Part shown: piece after piece, positions 30,001 through 42,514 of the stretch | Position numbering within the stretch: the first letter of the stretch is position 1 | Layout of the letters: each line of letters begins with the position of its first letter | Origin: Eledone cirrhosa | Lineage: Eukaryota | NCBI GenBank assembly: GCA_964016885.1 | Contig: CAXHJY010000769.1 | Span: 62,001 to 126,000 of the forward strand | Direction: 5' to 3' | DNA length: 64,000 bases | Notes under the pieces: generated by a model | What the model saw: the letters and a program-made list of their open reading frames with translations, nothing else | Database searches by the model: none | What the model was told of the DNA's origin: nothing | Position numbers and translations under genes: made by a program

Positions 30001-33000
30001 GACAAGAAAGATGACAGACTGTTGTGACATGAGTAGACAAGAAGACAAGAAAGATGACACTGTTGTAACATGAGTAGACAAGAAGACAAGAAAGATGACA
30101 GACTGTTGTAACATGAGTAGACAAGAAGACAAGAGAGATGACAGACTGTTGTAACATGAGTAGACAAGAAGACAAGAAAGATGACAGACTGTTGTAACAT
30201 GAGTAGACAAGAAGACAAGAAAGATGACAGACTGTTGTAACATGAGTAGACAAGAAGACAAGAAAGATGACACTATTGTAACATGAGTAGACAAGAAGTC
30301 AAGAAAGATGACACTGTTGTAACATGAGTAGACAAGAAGACAAGAAGGATGACAGACTGTTGTAAGATGAGTAGACAAGAAGACAAGAAGGATGACAGAC
30401 TGTTGTAACATGAGTAGACAAGAAGACAAGAAGGATGACAGACTGTTGTAACATGAGTAGACAAGAAGACAAGAAAGATGACAGACTGTTGTAACATGAG
30501 TAGACAAGAAGACAAGAAGGATGACAGACTGTTGTAACATGAGTAGACAAGAAGACAAGAAAGATGACAGACTGTTGTAACATGAATAGACAAGAAGACA
30601 AGAGAGATGACAGACTGTTGCAACACGAGTAGACAAGAAGACAAGAAGGATGACAGACTGTTGTAACATGAGTAGACAAGAAGACAAGAAGGATGACAGA
30701 CTGTTGTAAGATGAGTAGACAAGAAGACAAGAGAGATGACAGACTGTTGTAACATGAGTAGACAAGAAGACAAGAGAGATGACAGACTGTTGTAACATGA
30801 GTAGACAAGAAGACAAGAAGGATGACAGACTGTTGTAACATGAGTAGACAAGAAAGATGACAGACTGTTGTAACATGAGAAGACAAGAAGGAGGACAGAC
30901 TGCTGTAACATGAGTAGACAAGAAGACAAGAAAGATGACACTGTTGTAACATGAGTAGACAAAGAGACAAGAAAGATGACAGACTGTTGTAACATGAGTA
31001 GACAAGAAGACAAGAAAGAGGACAGACTGCTGTAACATGAGTAGACAAGAAGACAAGAAAGATGACACTGTTGTAACATGAGTAGACAAGAAGACAAGAA
31101 AGATGACAGACTGTTGTAACATGAGTAGACAAGAAGACAAGAGAGATGACAGACTGTTGTAACATGAGTAGACAAGAAGACAAGAAAGATGACAGACTGT
31201 TGTAACATGAGTAGACAAGAAGACAAGAAAGATGACACTATTGTAACATGAGTAGACAAGAAGTCAAGAAAGATGACACTGTTGTAACATGAGTAGACAA
31301 GAAGACAAGAAAGATGACAGACTGTTGTAACATGAGTAGACAAGAAGACAAGAAAGATGACAGACTGTTGTAACATGAGTAGACAAGAAGACAAGAAGGA
31401 TGACAGACTGTTGTAACATGAGTAGACAAGAAGACAAGAAAGATGACACTGTTGTAACATGAGTAGACAAGAAGACAAGAAAGATGACACTGTTGTAACA
31501 TGAGTAGACAAGAAGACAAGAAAGATGACAGACTGTTGTAACATGAGTAGACAAGAAGGATGACAGACTGTTGTAACATGAGTAGACAAGAAGACAAGAA
31601 AGATGACAGACTGTTGTAACATGAGTAGACAAGAAGACAATAGAGATGACAGACTGTTGTAACATGAGTAGACAAGAAGACAAGAAAGATGACAGACTGT
31701 TGTAACATGAGTAGACAAGAAGACAAGAAGGATGACAGACTGTTGTAACATGAGTAGACAAGAAGACAAGAAAGATTACAGACTGTTGTAACATGAGTAG
31801 ACAAGAAAGATGACAGACTGTTGTAACATGAGTAGACAAGAAGACAAGAAAGATGACAGACTGTTGTAACATGAGTAGACAAGAAGACAAGAAAGATGAC
31901 AGACTGTTGTAACATGAGTAGACAAGAAAACAAGTAAGATGACAGACTGTTGTAACATGAGTAGACAAGAAGACAAGAAAGATGACAGACTGTTGTAACA
32001 TGAGTAGACAAGAGGACAAGAAAGATGACAGACTGTTGTAACATGAGTAGACAAGAAGACAAGAAAGATGACAGACTGTTGTAACATGAGTAGACAAGAA
32101 GACAAGAAGGATGACAGACTGTTGTAACATGAGTAGATAAGAAGACAAGAAAGATGACACTATTGTAACATGAGTAGACAAGACAAGAAGGATGACAGAC
32201 TGTTGTAACATGAGTAGACAAGAAGACAAGATGACAGACTGTTGTAACATAAGAAGAAAAGAAGGATGACAGACTGTTGTAACATGAGTAGACAAGAAGA
32301 CAAGAAAGATGACAGACTGTTGTAACATGAGTAGACAAGAAGACAAGAGAGATGACAGACTGTTGTAACATGAGTAGACAAGAAGACAAGAGAGATGACA
32401 GACTGTTGTAACATGAGTAGACAAGACAAGAGAGATGACAGACTGTTGTAACATGAGTAGACAAGAAGACAAGAGAGATGACAGACTGTTGTAACATGAG
32501 TAGACAAGAAGACAAGAAAGATGACAGACTGTTGTAACATGAGTAGACAAGAAGACAAGAAGGATGACAGACTGTTGTAACATGAGTAGACAAGACAAGA
32601 AAGATGACACTGTTGTAACATGAGTAGACAAGAAGACAAGAAGGATGACAGACTGTTGTAAGATGAGTAGACAAGAAGACAAGAAGGATGACAGACTGTT
32701 GTAACATGAGTAGACAAGAAGACAAGAAGGATGACAGACTGTTGTAACATGAGTAGACAAGAAGACAAGAAAGATGACAGACTGTTGTAACATGAGTAGA
32801 CAAGAAGACAAGAAGGATGACAGACTGTTGTAAGATGAGTAGACAAGAAGACAAGAAGGATGACAGACTGTTGTAACATGAGTAGACAAGAAGACAAGAA
32901 GGATGACAGACTGTTGTAACATGAGTAGACAAGAAGACAAGAAAGATGACAGACTGTTGTAACATGAATAGACAAGAAGACAAGAGAGATGACAGACTGT

Positions 33001-36000
33001 TGTAACACGAGTAGACAAGAAGACAAGAAGGATGACAGACTGTTGTAACATGAGTAGACAAGAAGACAAGAAGGATGACAGACTGTTGTAAGATGAGTAG
33101 ACAAGAAGACAAGAGAGATGACAGACTGTTGTAACATGAGTTGACAAGAAGACAAGAGAGATGACAGACTGTTGTAACATGAGTAGACAAGAAGACAAGA
33201 AGGATGACAGACTGTTGTAACATGAGTAGACAAGAAGGATGACAGACTGTTGTAACATGAGTAGACAAGAAGACAAGAGAGATGACACTGTTGTAACATG
33301 AGTAAACAAGAAGACAAGAGAGATGACAGACTGTTGTAACATGAGTAGACAAGAAGGATGACAGACTGTTGTAACATGAGTAGACAAGAAGACAAGAAGG
33401 ATGACAGACTGTTGTAACATGAGTAGACAAGAAAGATGACAGACTGTTGTAACATGAGTAGACAAGAAGACAAGAAGGAGGACAGACTGCTGTAACATGA
33501 GTAGACAAGAAGACAAGAAAGATGACACTGTTGTAACATGAGTAGACAAAAAGACAAGAAAGATGACAGACTGTTGTAACATGAGTAGACAAGAAGACAA
33601 GAAAGAGGACAGACTGCTGTAACATGAGTAGACAAGAAGACAAGAAAGATGACACTGTTGTAACATGAGTAGACAAGAAGACAAGAAATATGACAGACTG
33701 TTGTAACATGAGTAGACAAGAAGACAAGAGAGATGACAGACTGTTGTAACATGAGTAGACAAGAAGACAAGAAAGATGACAGACTGTTGTAACATGAGTA
33801 GACAAGAAGACAAGAAAGATGACACTATTGTAACATGAGTAGACAAGAAGACAAGAAAGATGACACTGTTGTAACATGAGTAGACAAGAAGACAAGAAAG
33901 ATGACAGACTGTTGTAACATGAGTAGACAAGAAGACAAGAAAGATGACAGACTGTTGTAACATGAGTAGACAAGAAGACAAGAAGGATGACAGACTGTTG
34001 TAACATGAGTAGACAAGAAGACAAGAAAGATGACACTGTTGTAACATGAGTAGACAAGAAGACAAGAAAGATGACACTGTTGTAACATGAGTAGACAAGA
34101 AGACAAGAAAGATGACAGACTGTTGTAACATGAGTAGACAAGAAGACAAGAAAGATGACAGACTGTTGTAACATGAGTAGACAAGAAGACAAGAAAGATG
34201 ACACTATTGTAACATGAGTAGACAAGAAGTCAAGAAAGATGACACTGTTGTAACATGAGTAGACAAGAAGACAAGAAAGATGACAGACTGTTGTAACATG
34301 AGTAGACAAGAAGACAAGAAAGATGACAGACTGTTGTAACATGAGTAGACAAGAAGACAAGAAGGATGACAGACTGTTGTAACATGAGTAGACAAGAAGA
34401 CAAGAAAGATGACACTGTTGTAACATGAGTAGACAAGAAGACAAGAAAGATGACACTGTTGTAACATGAGTAGACAAGAAGACAAGAAAGATGACAGACT
34501 GTTGTAACATGAGTAGACAAGAAGGATGACAGACTGTTGTAACATGAGTAGACAAGAAGACAAGAAAGATGACAGACTGTTGTAACATGAGTAGACAAGA
34601 AGACAATAGAGATGACAGACTGTTGTAACATGAGTAGACAAGAAGACAAGAAAGATGACAGACTGTTGTAACATGAGTAGACAAGAAGACAAGAAGGATG
34701 ACAGACTGTTGTAACATGAGTAGACAAGAAGACAAGAAAGATTACAGACTGTTGTAACATGAGTAGACAAGAAAGATGACAGACTGTTGTAACATGAGTA
34801 GACAAGAAGACAAGAAAGATGACAGACTGTTGTAACATGAGTAGACAAGAAGACAAGAAAGATGACAGACTGTTGTAACATGAGTAGACAAGAAAACAAG
34901 TACGATGACAGACTGTTGTAACATGAGTAGACAAGAAGACAAGAAAGATGACAGACTGTTGTAACATGAGTAGACAAGAGGACAAGAAAGATGACAGACT
35001 GTTGTAACATGAGTAGACAAGAAGACAAGAAAGATGACAGACTGTTGTAACATGAGTAGACAAGAAGACAAGAAGGATGACAGACTGTTGTAACATGAGT
35101 AGATAAGAAGACAAGAAAGATGACACTATTGTAACATGAGTAGACAAGACAAGAAGGATGACAGACTGTTGTAACATGAGTAGACAAGAAGACAAGATGA
35201 CAGACTGTTGTAACATAAGAAGAAAAGAAGGATGACAGACTGTTGTAACATGAGTAGACAAGAAGACAAGAAAGATGACAGACTGTTGTAACATGAGTAG
35301 ACAAGAAGACAAGAGAGATGACAGACTGTTGTAACATGAGTAGACAAGAAGACAAGAGAGATGACAGACTGTTGTAACATGAGTAGACAAGACAAGAGAG
35401 ATGACAGACTGTTGTAACATGAGTAGACAAGAAGACAAGAGAGATGACAGACTGTTGTAACATGAGTAGACAAGAAGACAAGAAAGATGACAGACTGTTG
35501 TAACATGAGTAGACAAGAAGACAAGAAGGATGACAGACTGTTGTAACATGAGTAGACAAGACAAGAAAGATGACACTGTTGTAACATGAGTAGACAAGAA
35601 GACAAGAAGGATGACAGACTGTTGTAAGATGAGTAGACAAGAAGACAAGAAGGATGACAGACTGTTGTAACATGAGTAGACAAGAAGACAAGAAGGATGA
35701 CAGACTGTTGTAACATGAGTAGACAAGAAGACAAGAAAGATGACAGACTGTTGTAACATGAGTAGACAAGAAGACAAGAAGGATGACAGACTGTTGTAAG
35801 ATGAGTAGACAAGAAGACAAGAAGGATGACAGACTGTTGTAACATGAGTAGACAAGAAGACAAGAAGGATGACAGACTGTTGTAACATGAGTAGACAAGA
35901 AGACAAGAAAGATGACAGACTGTTGTAACATGAATAGACAAGAAGACAAGAAGGATGACAGACTGTTGTAACATGAGTAGACAAGAAGACAAGAAGGATG

Positions 36001-37499
36001 ACAGACTGTTGTAAGATGAGTAGACAAGAAGACAAGAGAGATGACAGACTGTTGTAACATGAGTTGACAAGAAGACAAGAGAGATGACAGACTGTTGTAA
36101 CATGAGTAGACAAGAAGACAAGAAGGATGACAGACTGTTGTAACATGAGTAGACAAGAAGGATGACAGACTGTTGTAACATGAGTAGACAAGAAGACAAG
36201 AGAGATGACACTGTTGTAACATGAGTAAACAAGAAGACAAGAGAGATGACAGACTGTTGTAACATGAGTAGACAAGAAGGATGACAGACTGTTGTAACAT
36301 GAGTAGACAAGAAAGATGACAGACTGTTGTAACATGAGTAGACAAGAAGACAAGAAGGAGGACAGACTGCTGTAACATGAGTAGACAAGAAGGAGGACAG
36401 ACTGCTGTAACATGAGTAGACAAGAAGACAAGAAAGATGACACTGTTGTAACATGAGTAGACAAAAAGACAAGAAAGATGACAGACTGTTGTAACATGAG
36501 TAGACAAGAAGACAAGAAAGAGGACAGACTGCTGTAACATGAGTAGACAAGAAGACAAGAAAGATGACACTGTTGTAACATGAGTAGACAAGAAGACAAG
36601 AAATATGACAGACTGTTGTAACATGAGTAGACAAGAAGACAAGAGAGATGACAGACTGTTGTAACATGAGTAGACAAGAAGACAAGAAAGATGACAGACT
36701 GTTGTAACATGAGTAGACAAGAAGACAAGAAAGATGACACTATTGTAACATGAGTAGACAAGAAGACAAGAAAGATGACACTGTTGTAACATGAGTAGAC
36801 AAGAAGACAAGAAAGATGACAGACTGTTGTAACATGAGTAGACAAGAAGACAAGAAAGATGACAGACTGTTGTAACATGAGTAGACAAGAAGACAAGAAG
36901 GATGACAGACTGTTGTAACATGAGTAGACAAGAAGACAAGAAAGATGACACTGTTGTAACATGAGTAGACAAGAAGACAAGAAAGATGACACTGTTGTAA
37001 CATGAGTAGACAAGAAGACAAGAAAGATGACAGACTGTTGTAACATGAGTAGACAAGAAGACAAGAAGGATGACAGACTGTTGTAACATGAGTAGACAAG
37101 AAGACAAGAAAGATGACAGACTGTTGTAATATGAGTAGACAAGAAGACAAGAAAGATGACACTGTTGTAACATGAGTAGACAAGAAGACAAGTATGATGA
37201 CAGACTGTTGTAACATGAGTAGACAAGAAGACAAGAAGGATGACAGACTGTTGTAACATGAGTAGACAAGAAGACAAGAAGGATGACAGACTGTTGTAAC
37301 ATGAGTAGACAAGAAGACAAGAAAGATGACAGACTGTTGTAACATAAGTAGACAAGAAGACAAGAAAGATGACAGACTGTTGTAACATGAGTAAGACAAG
37401 AAGACAAGAAGGATAACAGACTGTTGTAACATGAGTAGACAAGAAGACAAGAAGGATGACGGACTGTTGTAACATGAGTAGACAAGAAGACAAGAAAGA
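1..37499. repeat. Tandem 43-bp minisatellite/satellite array, consensus TGTAACATGAGTAGACAAGAAGACAAG[AAG/AGA/AAA/TAT]GATGACAGACTGT; open at the left window edge
   Basis: Directly visible 43-nt period (unit starts at 1, 44, ...). Recurrent length variants: 41 (GACACTG), 40 (GAAAGACAG or AGACAAGACAAG) and 34 (loss of AGACAAGAA). The consensus is 31/43 purine on +, 40% GC and has no CpG. It ends at ...CAAGAAAGA (37499), with private mutations in the last few units. Confidence 0.99.
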
Positions 37500-37700
37500 G
37501 GAATAAAAACAAAAATAGATGTCAGAAATCTTGGAAAAAAGACTAAACAATGTGCTTCTTTGAAATATACACTTGTCAGAAGTACAGAAGTAAAAACACT
37601 AGGTTGATTAACAAGGTGTATGAATTGGAGGAGGAAAACTCACGCAATATGTGGATGGAGGCAGAAATAAAAGATTGCTATCAAGAGCTCCTAAATGATA
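37500..37700 (+). mobile_element. Possible highly decayed non-LTR retrotransposon ORF2 C-terminal remnant contiguous with the last satellite monomer
   Basis: Manual translation across frameshifts gives CCNMSRQEDKKEE/IKTKIDV/SEILEKRLNNVLL*NIHL...NTRLINKVYELEEENSRNMWMEAEIKDC. This resembles the RTE ORF2 tail (CN...EEIR...LRWYGHV...KKVYE...RPRKTW). Weak similarity judged by eye. Confidence 0.35.
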
Positions 37701-37730
37701 GATGTTTACTTTTAACATGAAAAGTAAGTA

Positions 37731-38138
37731 CTGTATATACTCATATATAAGCTGAGACATGTAATATAAAATTCAAAATTTGATGGTAAAATGGGGGAAC
37801 AGCTTATATTTTGAGGTCAATATTTTGCCTATTTTCACAAACTTCAAATTCTTTGTAAACGAGGTGCTAAAATATTTTTACTTTGGAGGTGAAATTTGCT
37901 TTCTCCCATTGTTTCTGATGTGCTTTGAATGAATATGCCATTAAAACGGTCAGAAAATGGTAACAAATCATTACATAATAGAGTTGTGAAACAAAAACTA
38001 TACTCTAAATGACACTTTGAAAGATTTTAAATATCAAAATATAAAAAACTTCATAAACATATTCTCCACTCACGAGAATTTCAAAACTGAGCCATCTTAA
38101 CATTATGTGCTTATCAGCTTATATTCGAGTATATGCAA
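37731..38138. mobile_element. Tc1/mariner-superfamily (Tc2/pogo-like) MITE
   Basis: 25-bp terminal inverted repeats CTGTATATACTCATATATAAGCTGA / TCAGCTTATATTCGAGTATATGCAA (21/25 match), TA on both flanks, no ORF. Confidence 0.75.
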
Positions 38139-38934
38139 TATATGAAGAGATAAACTACTTCTGTCCAGATGTGCTTTCCTTGATGAAGTCACTGAAGAAA
38201 TATTTATAGAGGATTTTGGTAATCCTTGGAAGTATATAAATTGGGGGGAACAGGAATGTGGGGTGTACTGATTCAAGTTAATTAAAGGGTTCCCACCTGT
38301 ATATAGGTGAGTAGCTCTCTGAATGTTTTAGTGTTTTATGTCTAAGCTTTTTTTTTCTTATATATCTGTTTATATCATAAGATTTGGTCAGCTAGCTGCA
38401 CTGAACAAGATATATTGAGTTCATTCTCAACATTTTAGAACACTGTTTGTCTACTTTGTATTGTTCCCTCTCTCCTGAGTTTGGTATAAAAGCAGGAATT
38501 TTTGTGTGGTTAAAAAATTTGCTTTGTAACTATGTGGTTTTCAGGTTTGTCCCTATTGTACAACACAAGGGACAAGTGTCTTCTATTTATAGGCCTACAC
38601 AAATGATTTTATTCTTGGGTGGTAGACTTAATCTGACACCTAGTTTAACATCATCTTCTGAACTTTGACTATCTTTAGCAGAGTTCACTATTGAAATTAT
38701 TTGGGTCAAGTCTCTAGTTTGAGGCTACTCCTCTCCATTTTCCCCTTCTCTGACTAAACCATTAACCACTCCCTCCCTAACTCTCTTAATCCAATTTAGA
38801 CATGTCATAAATGAAAATACCTATATGGAATTTAAATTTATACTATAACTCTAGAAAGAGGATTTATAATTACACTTATAATTTTGAAGGTATTTTAAGC
38901 AGTATATATACACATAATACACAACTGTTAAAAA

Positions 38935-39160
38935 GGTTAAACTCTGTCCTAAGCCCTGAGGCTTATCAGACTGGAGCTTATTCTGGTTTCATTGGTGTTA
39001 AGCAACTGAGAATACCTCTGAACAGGAAACCAGTCCATCATAGCTACTGTTGGTGGTATTCATTTTCAGCTGTTACCTAGAGCAGCATGAAGAGAGGTAA
39101 CCAGGAATCAAACTAATGACATTGTGATCACAAGTTCTAATAACTAGGCCGAGCAGCTTT
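38935..39160 (-). mobile_element. Degenerate tRNA-derived SINE (Nin-domain-like central region)
   Basis: GGAGCTTATTCTGGTTTC...AAGCAACTGAGAATA...CCAGTCCATCA...GGTATTCATTTTCAGCTG resembles the reverse complement of a Nin-type SINE body. A B-box-like GGAATCAAAC lies near 39104. Recognised from memory; boundaries approximate. Confidence 0.5.
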
Positions 39161-39474
39161 ACCATTAACTCACAATCATAAAGATATTATTTCACATTGC
39201 TCCTTCTGCTAGGATGTGTGACTGGTAGATAGTGTAGCATATTAAAAATTAAAAGTCTTTACTCTTTTGAAAATGTTCACAACTATTCGTCCATTAGTAA
39301 AGGTACTATAAACGTTTGAATTAACAAACTTGTGAACCCGCACTACCAAGACATTCTTGAAAAGTACAAAATAGCACAATAATTGCTTCACATTAAAAAT
39401 TAAAGTTTTGTACTCCAATACTGCAGTTTCATAACAATTTATCTAATAATAAAGACATTATATTAACAAGCAGT

Positions 39475-39598
39475 AGACACCAAGCCAAATCAGTTTTGAG
39501 TGAGCGGATCACAGTCCCCCAACCTGATCCCTCAGAAAGAGGCAGCCCATCCTACCCATACTAGCATGGAAGACGGACGTTAAATAATGATGATGATG
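39475..39598 (+). mobile_element. 3' tail fragment of the RTE LINE/SINE family ending in (GAT)n
   Basis: ...CCCATACTAGCATGGAAGACGGACGTTAAATAATGATGATGATG matches the 3' ends of the RTE copies at 47688, 52825 and 62168. Confidence 0.7.
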
Positions 39599-39699
39599 AA
39601 ACCTATTTTTAGACAGTTTCTGCTAAATCCTTTCAGGATGTTAGGAGTTAAAAGTAAAGAGCAAGGGATATATTTCTAATCTTCCTCACTCACGAGTCG

Positions 39700-40045
39700 A
39701 GTTTCCCCGATCCAATGAACAGTACTCTTTCTATTTGTCTCGATCTAGCGTTATCACTCCAAGATCCATTAAATTTCCTCCTGTGTCAGCATATAGCATA
39801 TCCAGATAAGTTGTTGCAGGATAACCTTTATTTCTATAACCGTGCACAAGTTTCCATAAAAGAACTCGGCTGATGCACTTGTTTTTTGCTCTGTAACTAT
39901 GTCCCTCAAAACGTATCCTTCTTAGATGAACAATATCTGACATGGGAGGACTATCCAGATAGAGTTCTCCATTTGTGACTGTCTGTTGCCAAGATATAGT
40001 TACTCATAAAGGATTAGAATCGTTACTCAGTGTAACTTATCACTA
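39700..40045 (-). mobile_element. C-terminal ORF2 fragment of a second RTE-like LINE family
   Basis: ORF 39731..39943 SDIVHLRRIRFEGHSYRAKNKCISRVLLWKLVHGYRNKGYPATTYLDML resembles the RRLRFAGHCYR...LLWxPxHG..RGRP..TY tail typical of RTE-type ORF2. Confidence 0.7.
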
Positions 40046-40829
40046 TGATATTTTTGATACAACTGAAGGGTCCGCTTGACCTTTTGTTTGGCAAGCTTTC
40101 TACGTTTTTTTACAACATTACAGAGGTTGTCCTGATGTTGACACAATTGACGGGCCTTCTCAACCCTTTTTTGGCATGGTTTCTACAGTGGGGAACCCTT
40201 CCTATCACCTCACCTTACAGGGTGTACTGGATACATTTTTGTGGCACCAGCACTAGAGTTTGTCAGCTATTGTCCCAAATGAAGAGCCCTCCCTGTTGGG
40301 GAAGAGAGGGAGCATACGTATGGTATAATGATTTAATGGGTGATGGATGAATAGGAGGGAAAGTGTAACCTCGAATGGTGTGGGGAGGTAGTTACAGGTA
40401 TGTCAGGATTTTTAGAAGAGGGATGTAGTGATGGTGGGAATAGCTACAATAATGGATGGGGTGGTCAATAGCATAGGAGGTGGGGATGTAGTGATGGTGA
40501 AGATGTGTGTGTGTGTATTCTTGAAAATACTAGTGGAACTCGTTGAAATGGCTGGGCTCACTGTCCGTATTCTACCTCTTCAATACACACACACTGCATC
40601 TCATCATACATTGATTTGTGGTCTTTCTGGCCTTTGCACCATAGACAGTCCAGGACCATGATCTCTGACACTATGCAGTAATACAGAACACCTGCTTCCC
40701 CTATGCAGGGTTTGAAACATACATCTAGTATGCACCACTTTCCCTTCCACGTTGTAATCACCTCAGCCATGTCCTTACACCCCACCCCTAGATTTACCTC
40801 CCGAAATCTCCCCCACCCGAGTCCCCAAT

Positions 40830-41179
40830 CCACACTATAAAGTGGTCATCTTGGTGCCATGACAATGAACACTCAGTACACACTGTAAAGTGGTTGTGTA
40901 GGTGTGTGTCACAACAAAAAGCACCCAGCCAACACTGTAAAGTGGTCGTGTAGAAGTCACGATAAAAGCGCCCTGGCCACATTGTAAAGTGGTCATGTAG
41001 AAATCATGATAACAAATCCACTGTTAATGGGGTTAACGTTAGGAAGGGCATCCAGCCATAGAAACCAAGCGGAAATCAGTTTTGTGTGAGCAAAACAGAC
41101 CTCTGATATGATTGTCTCACAACAGGACAGGTCTTCTAACGCATGCTAGCATGGAAAATGGATGTTAAATGATGATGAT
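40830..41179 (+). mobile_element. RTE 3' UTR fragment with tandem ~40-bp subrepeats (CACACTGTAAAGTGGT...) and (GAT)n tail
   Basis: About 4 copies of ACACTGTAAAGTGGTCGTGTAG-like units, then AGGAAGGGCATCCAGCCATAGAAA and CATGCTAGCATGGAAAATGGATGTTAAATGATGATGAT. Same layout as 52560-52825. Confidence 0.7.
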
Positions 41180-41303
41180 ACAAAACCTCAATTCACAATA
41201 TATAGTACATTGTAAATATTGTATGCAAAATGGAGATGCATGACTTGGATGCAAGTAAATACAGAAATGCATCTTATTATCACTTATTATCATATTCAGA
41301 TGT

Positions 41304-41406
41304 TAACCCGAGGTTAACTTTGCCTTTCATCCTTACGGGGGGTCGATAAAATAAAGTACCAGTAATGTACTGGGTTATTGCTGGCCTTGTGCCAAAAGTA
41401 GAAACA
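41304..41406 (+). mobile_element. 5'-truncated SINE with 18-bp target-site duplication
   Basis: Body GCCTTTCATCCTTACGGGGGGTCGATAAAATAAAGTACCAG...GGCCTTGTGCCAAAAGTAGAAAC, flanked by the exact direct repeat ATTATCATATTCAGATGT at 41286-41303 and 41407-41424. Confidence 0.8.
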
Positions 41407-41729
41407 ATTATCATATTCAGATGTACCTAGTGGCCAGACAAATACCCAGCCAAAATTGGCTCTGGTTCTATGAAACAAAACCACCCATTTTAAAGGGTGT
41501 TTCTATTTAAATTAAGATATTCTAATATAATTATATAAGAATCATATGTTAAGTTACTATCTTAGGAATAAAATAATAATTTCAGTAAACCTCTCCAGAT
41601 TTTTCATAAATTAATTGAAATAGAAGTTATTTCATTAGAAATATGGTCACAAAGGTGTTAAATGGATTTAGTCAATCATATGAAACTCCAGCACATATCT
41701 TTTTTCCAAATTTCAATCTATATCTGTTA

Positions 41730-41960
41730 AACCACTAAGTTACAGGACATAAACAAACAGTACTAGTTGTTCATCAGTATAAACACATACAAACATACAT
41801 TGTGTTTCCACACAGTCACCATCATCCAAATTTCACCCACAAAGTATCGGCCAACCTGAGGCTATAATAAAAGACAATTGATAAAGGTGTCAGATTGTGG
41901 GACTGAAGCTGAAACCATGTAGTTGTGAAAAGCCTCCTTTACCATACAAGTCATACCTGA
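41730..41960 (-). mobile_element. Degenerate tRNA-derived SINE (octopod type)
   Basis: GTGGGACTGAAGCTGAAACCATGTAGTTGTGAAAAGCCTCCTTTACCATACAAGTCATACCTG is the reverse complement of a tRNA-like head, preceded by GAGGCTATAATAAAAGACAATTG and an internal (AC)-rich tract. Confidence 0.55.
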
Positions 41961-42514
41961 GTCTATATGTGTATTAGCCCATCCAAAAAGTATTTATATT
42001 TTATCTAAAAATAATTTAACATAAAAACCATTTGATACTAACACTGTCAAAACTGCTTCTGGTTCTATGAACCAAAACCATCCATTTTAAAAATCTTCCA
42101 ACAAAATTTTATATAAGAACCATAAATTAAGTTAGTATCTTAGTACTGAAGTATTAATTTTAGTAACACCCTCAACATTTTTCATTAATTAATTGAAATA
42201 GAATGTATCTCGTTAGGAATACAGCCATAAAAGGCTTAAAGTTATTGCTGCAGACGTGAACTAAAGATGCTTGTAAAAATAATTATAGAATGGAGATAGT
42301 GCCAGAATATTATTCCACTTCATAAATTTATTATTAGTCATTGTTATCTTTGCTCTTATTTGCATAAAAAATAAAAATGTCATTGCTCTAAAATCTTGGT
42401 AAATATACAATTAAGTATTTCTACAATATAGTTTTAGTTAACGCACCTAAAAGTAATGCTGATTCTAAGAAAGGGTTCCTATTTAAATTAAAACCTAACA
42501 AATTTATAATGAAA

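Noticed and set aside
1-37499. CRISPR array or information-storing repeat/spacer system
   Set aside because: There are no unique spacers: the variable part is a 3-nt slot with about four states, copied in blocks. No cas genes are present, and the context is eukaryotic (spliceosomal introns, SINEs, LINEs).
1-37499. Centromeric or telomeric identity of the array
   Set aside because: There is no telomere motif, the monomer is short, and the array abuts or lies within a housekeeping gene. Centromere function cannot be judged from sequence alone.
334-37550. Dozens of very long minus-strand ORFs (up to 1902 aa) as real protein genes
   Set aside because: They overlap in all three frames with the same 43-aa cycle and arise only because the monomer lacks minus-strand stops. 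Frequent 2-nt indels swap frames freely, and many starts are non-ATG.
38170-38215. Hammerhead-like TTGATGAAGTCACTGAAGAAA on +
   Set aside because: The core C is missing and stem II cannot form properly; too degenerate to call.
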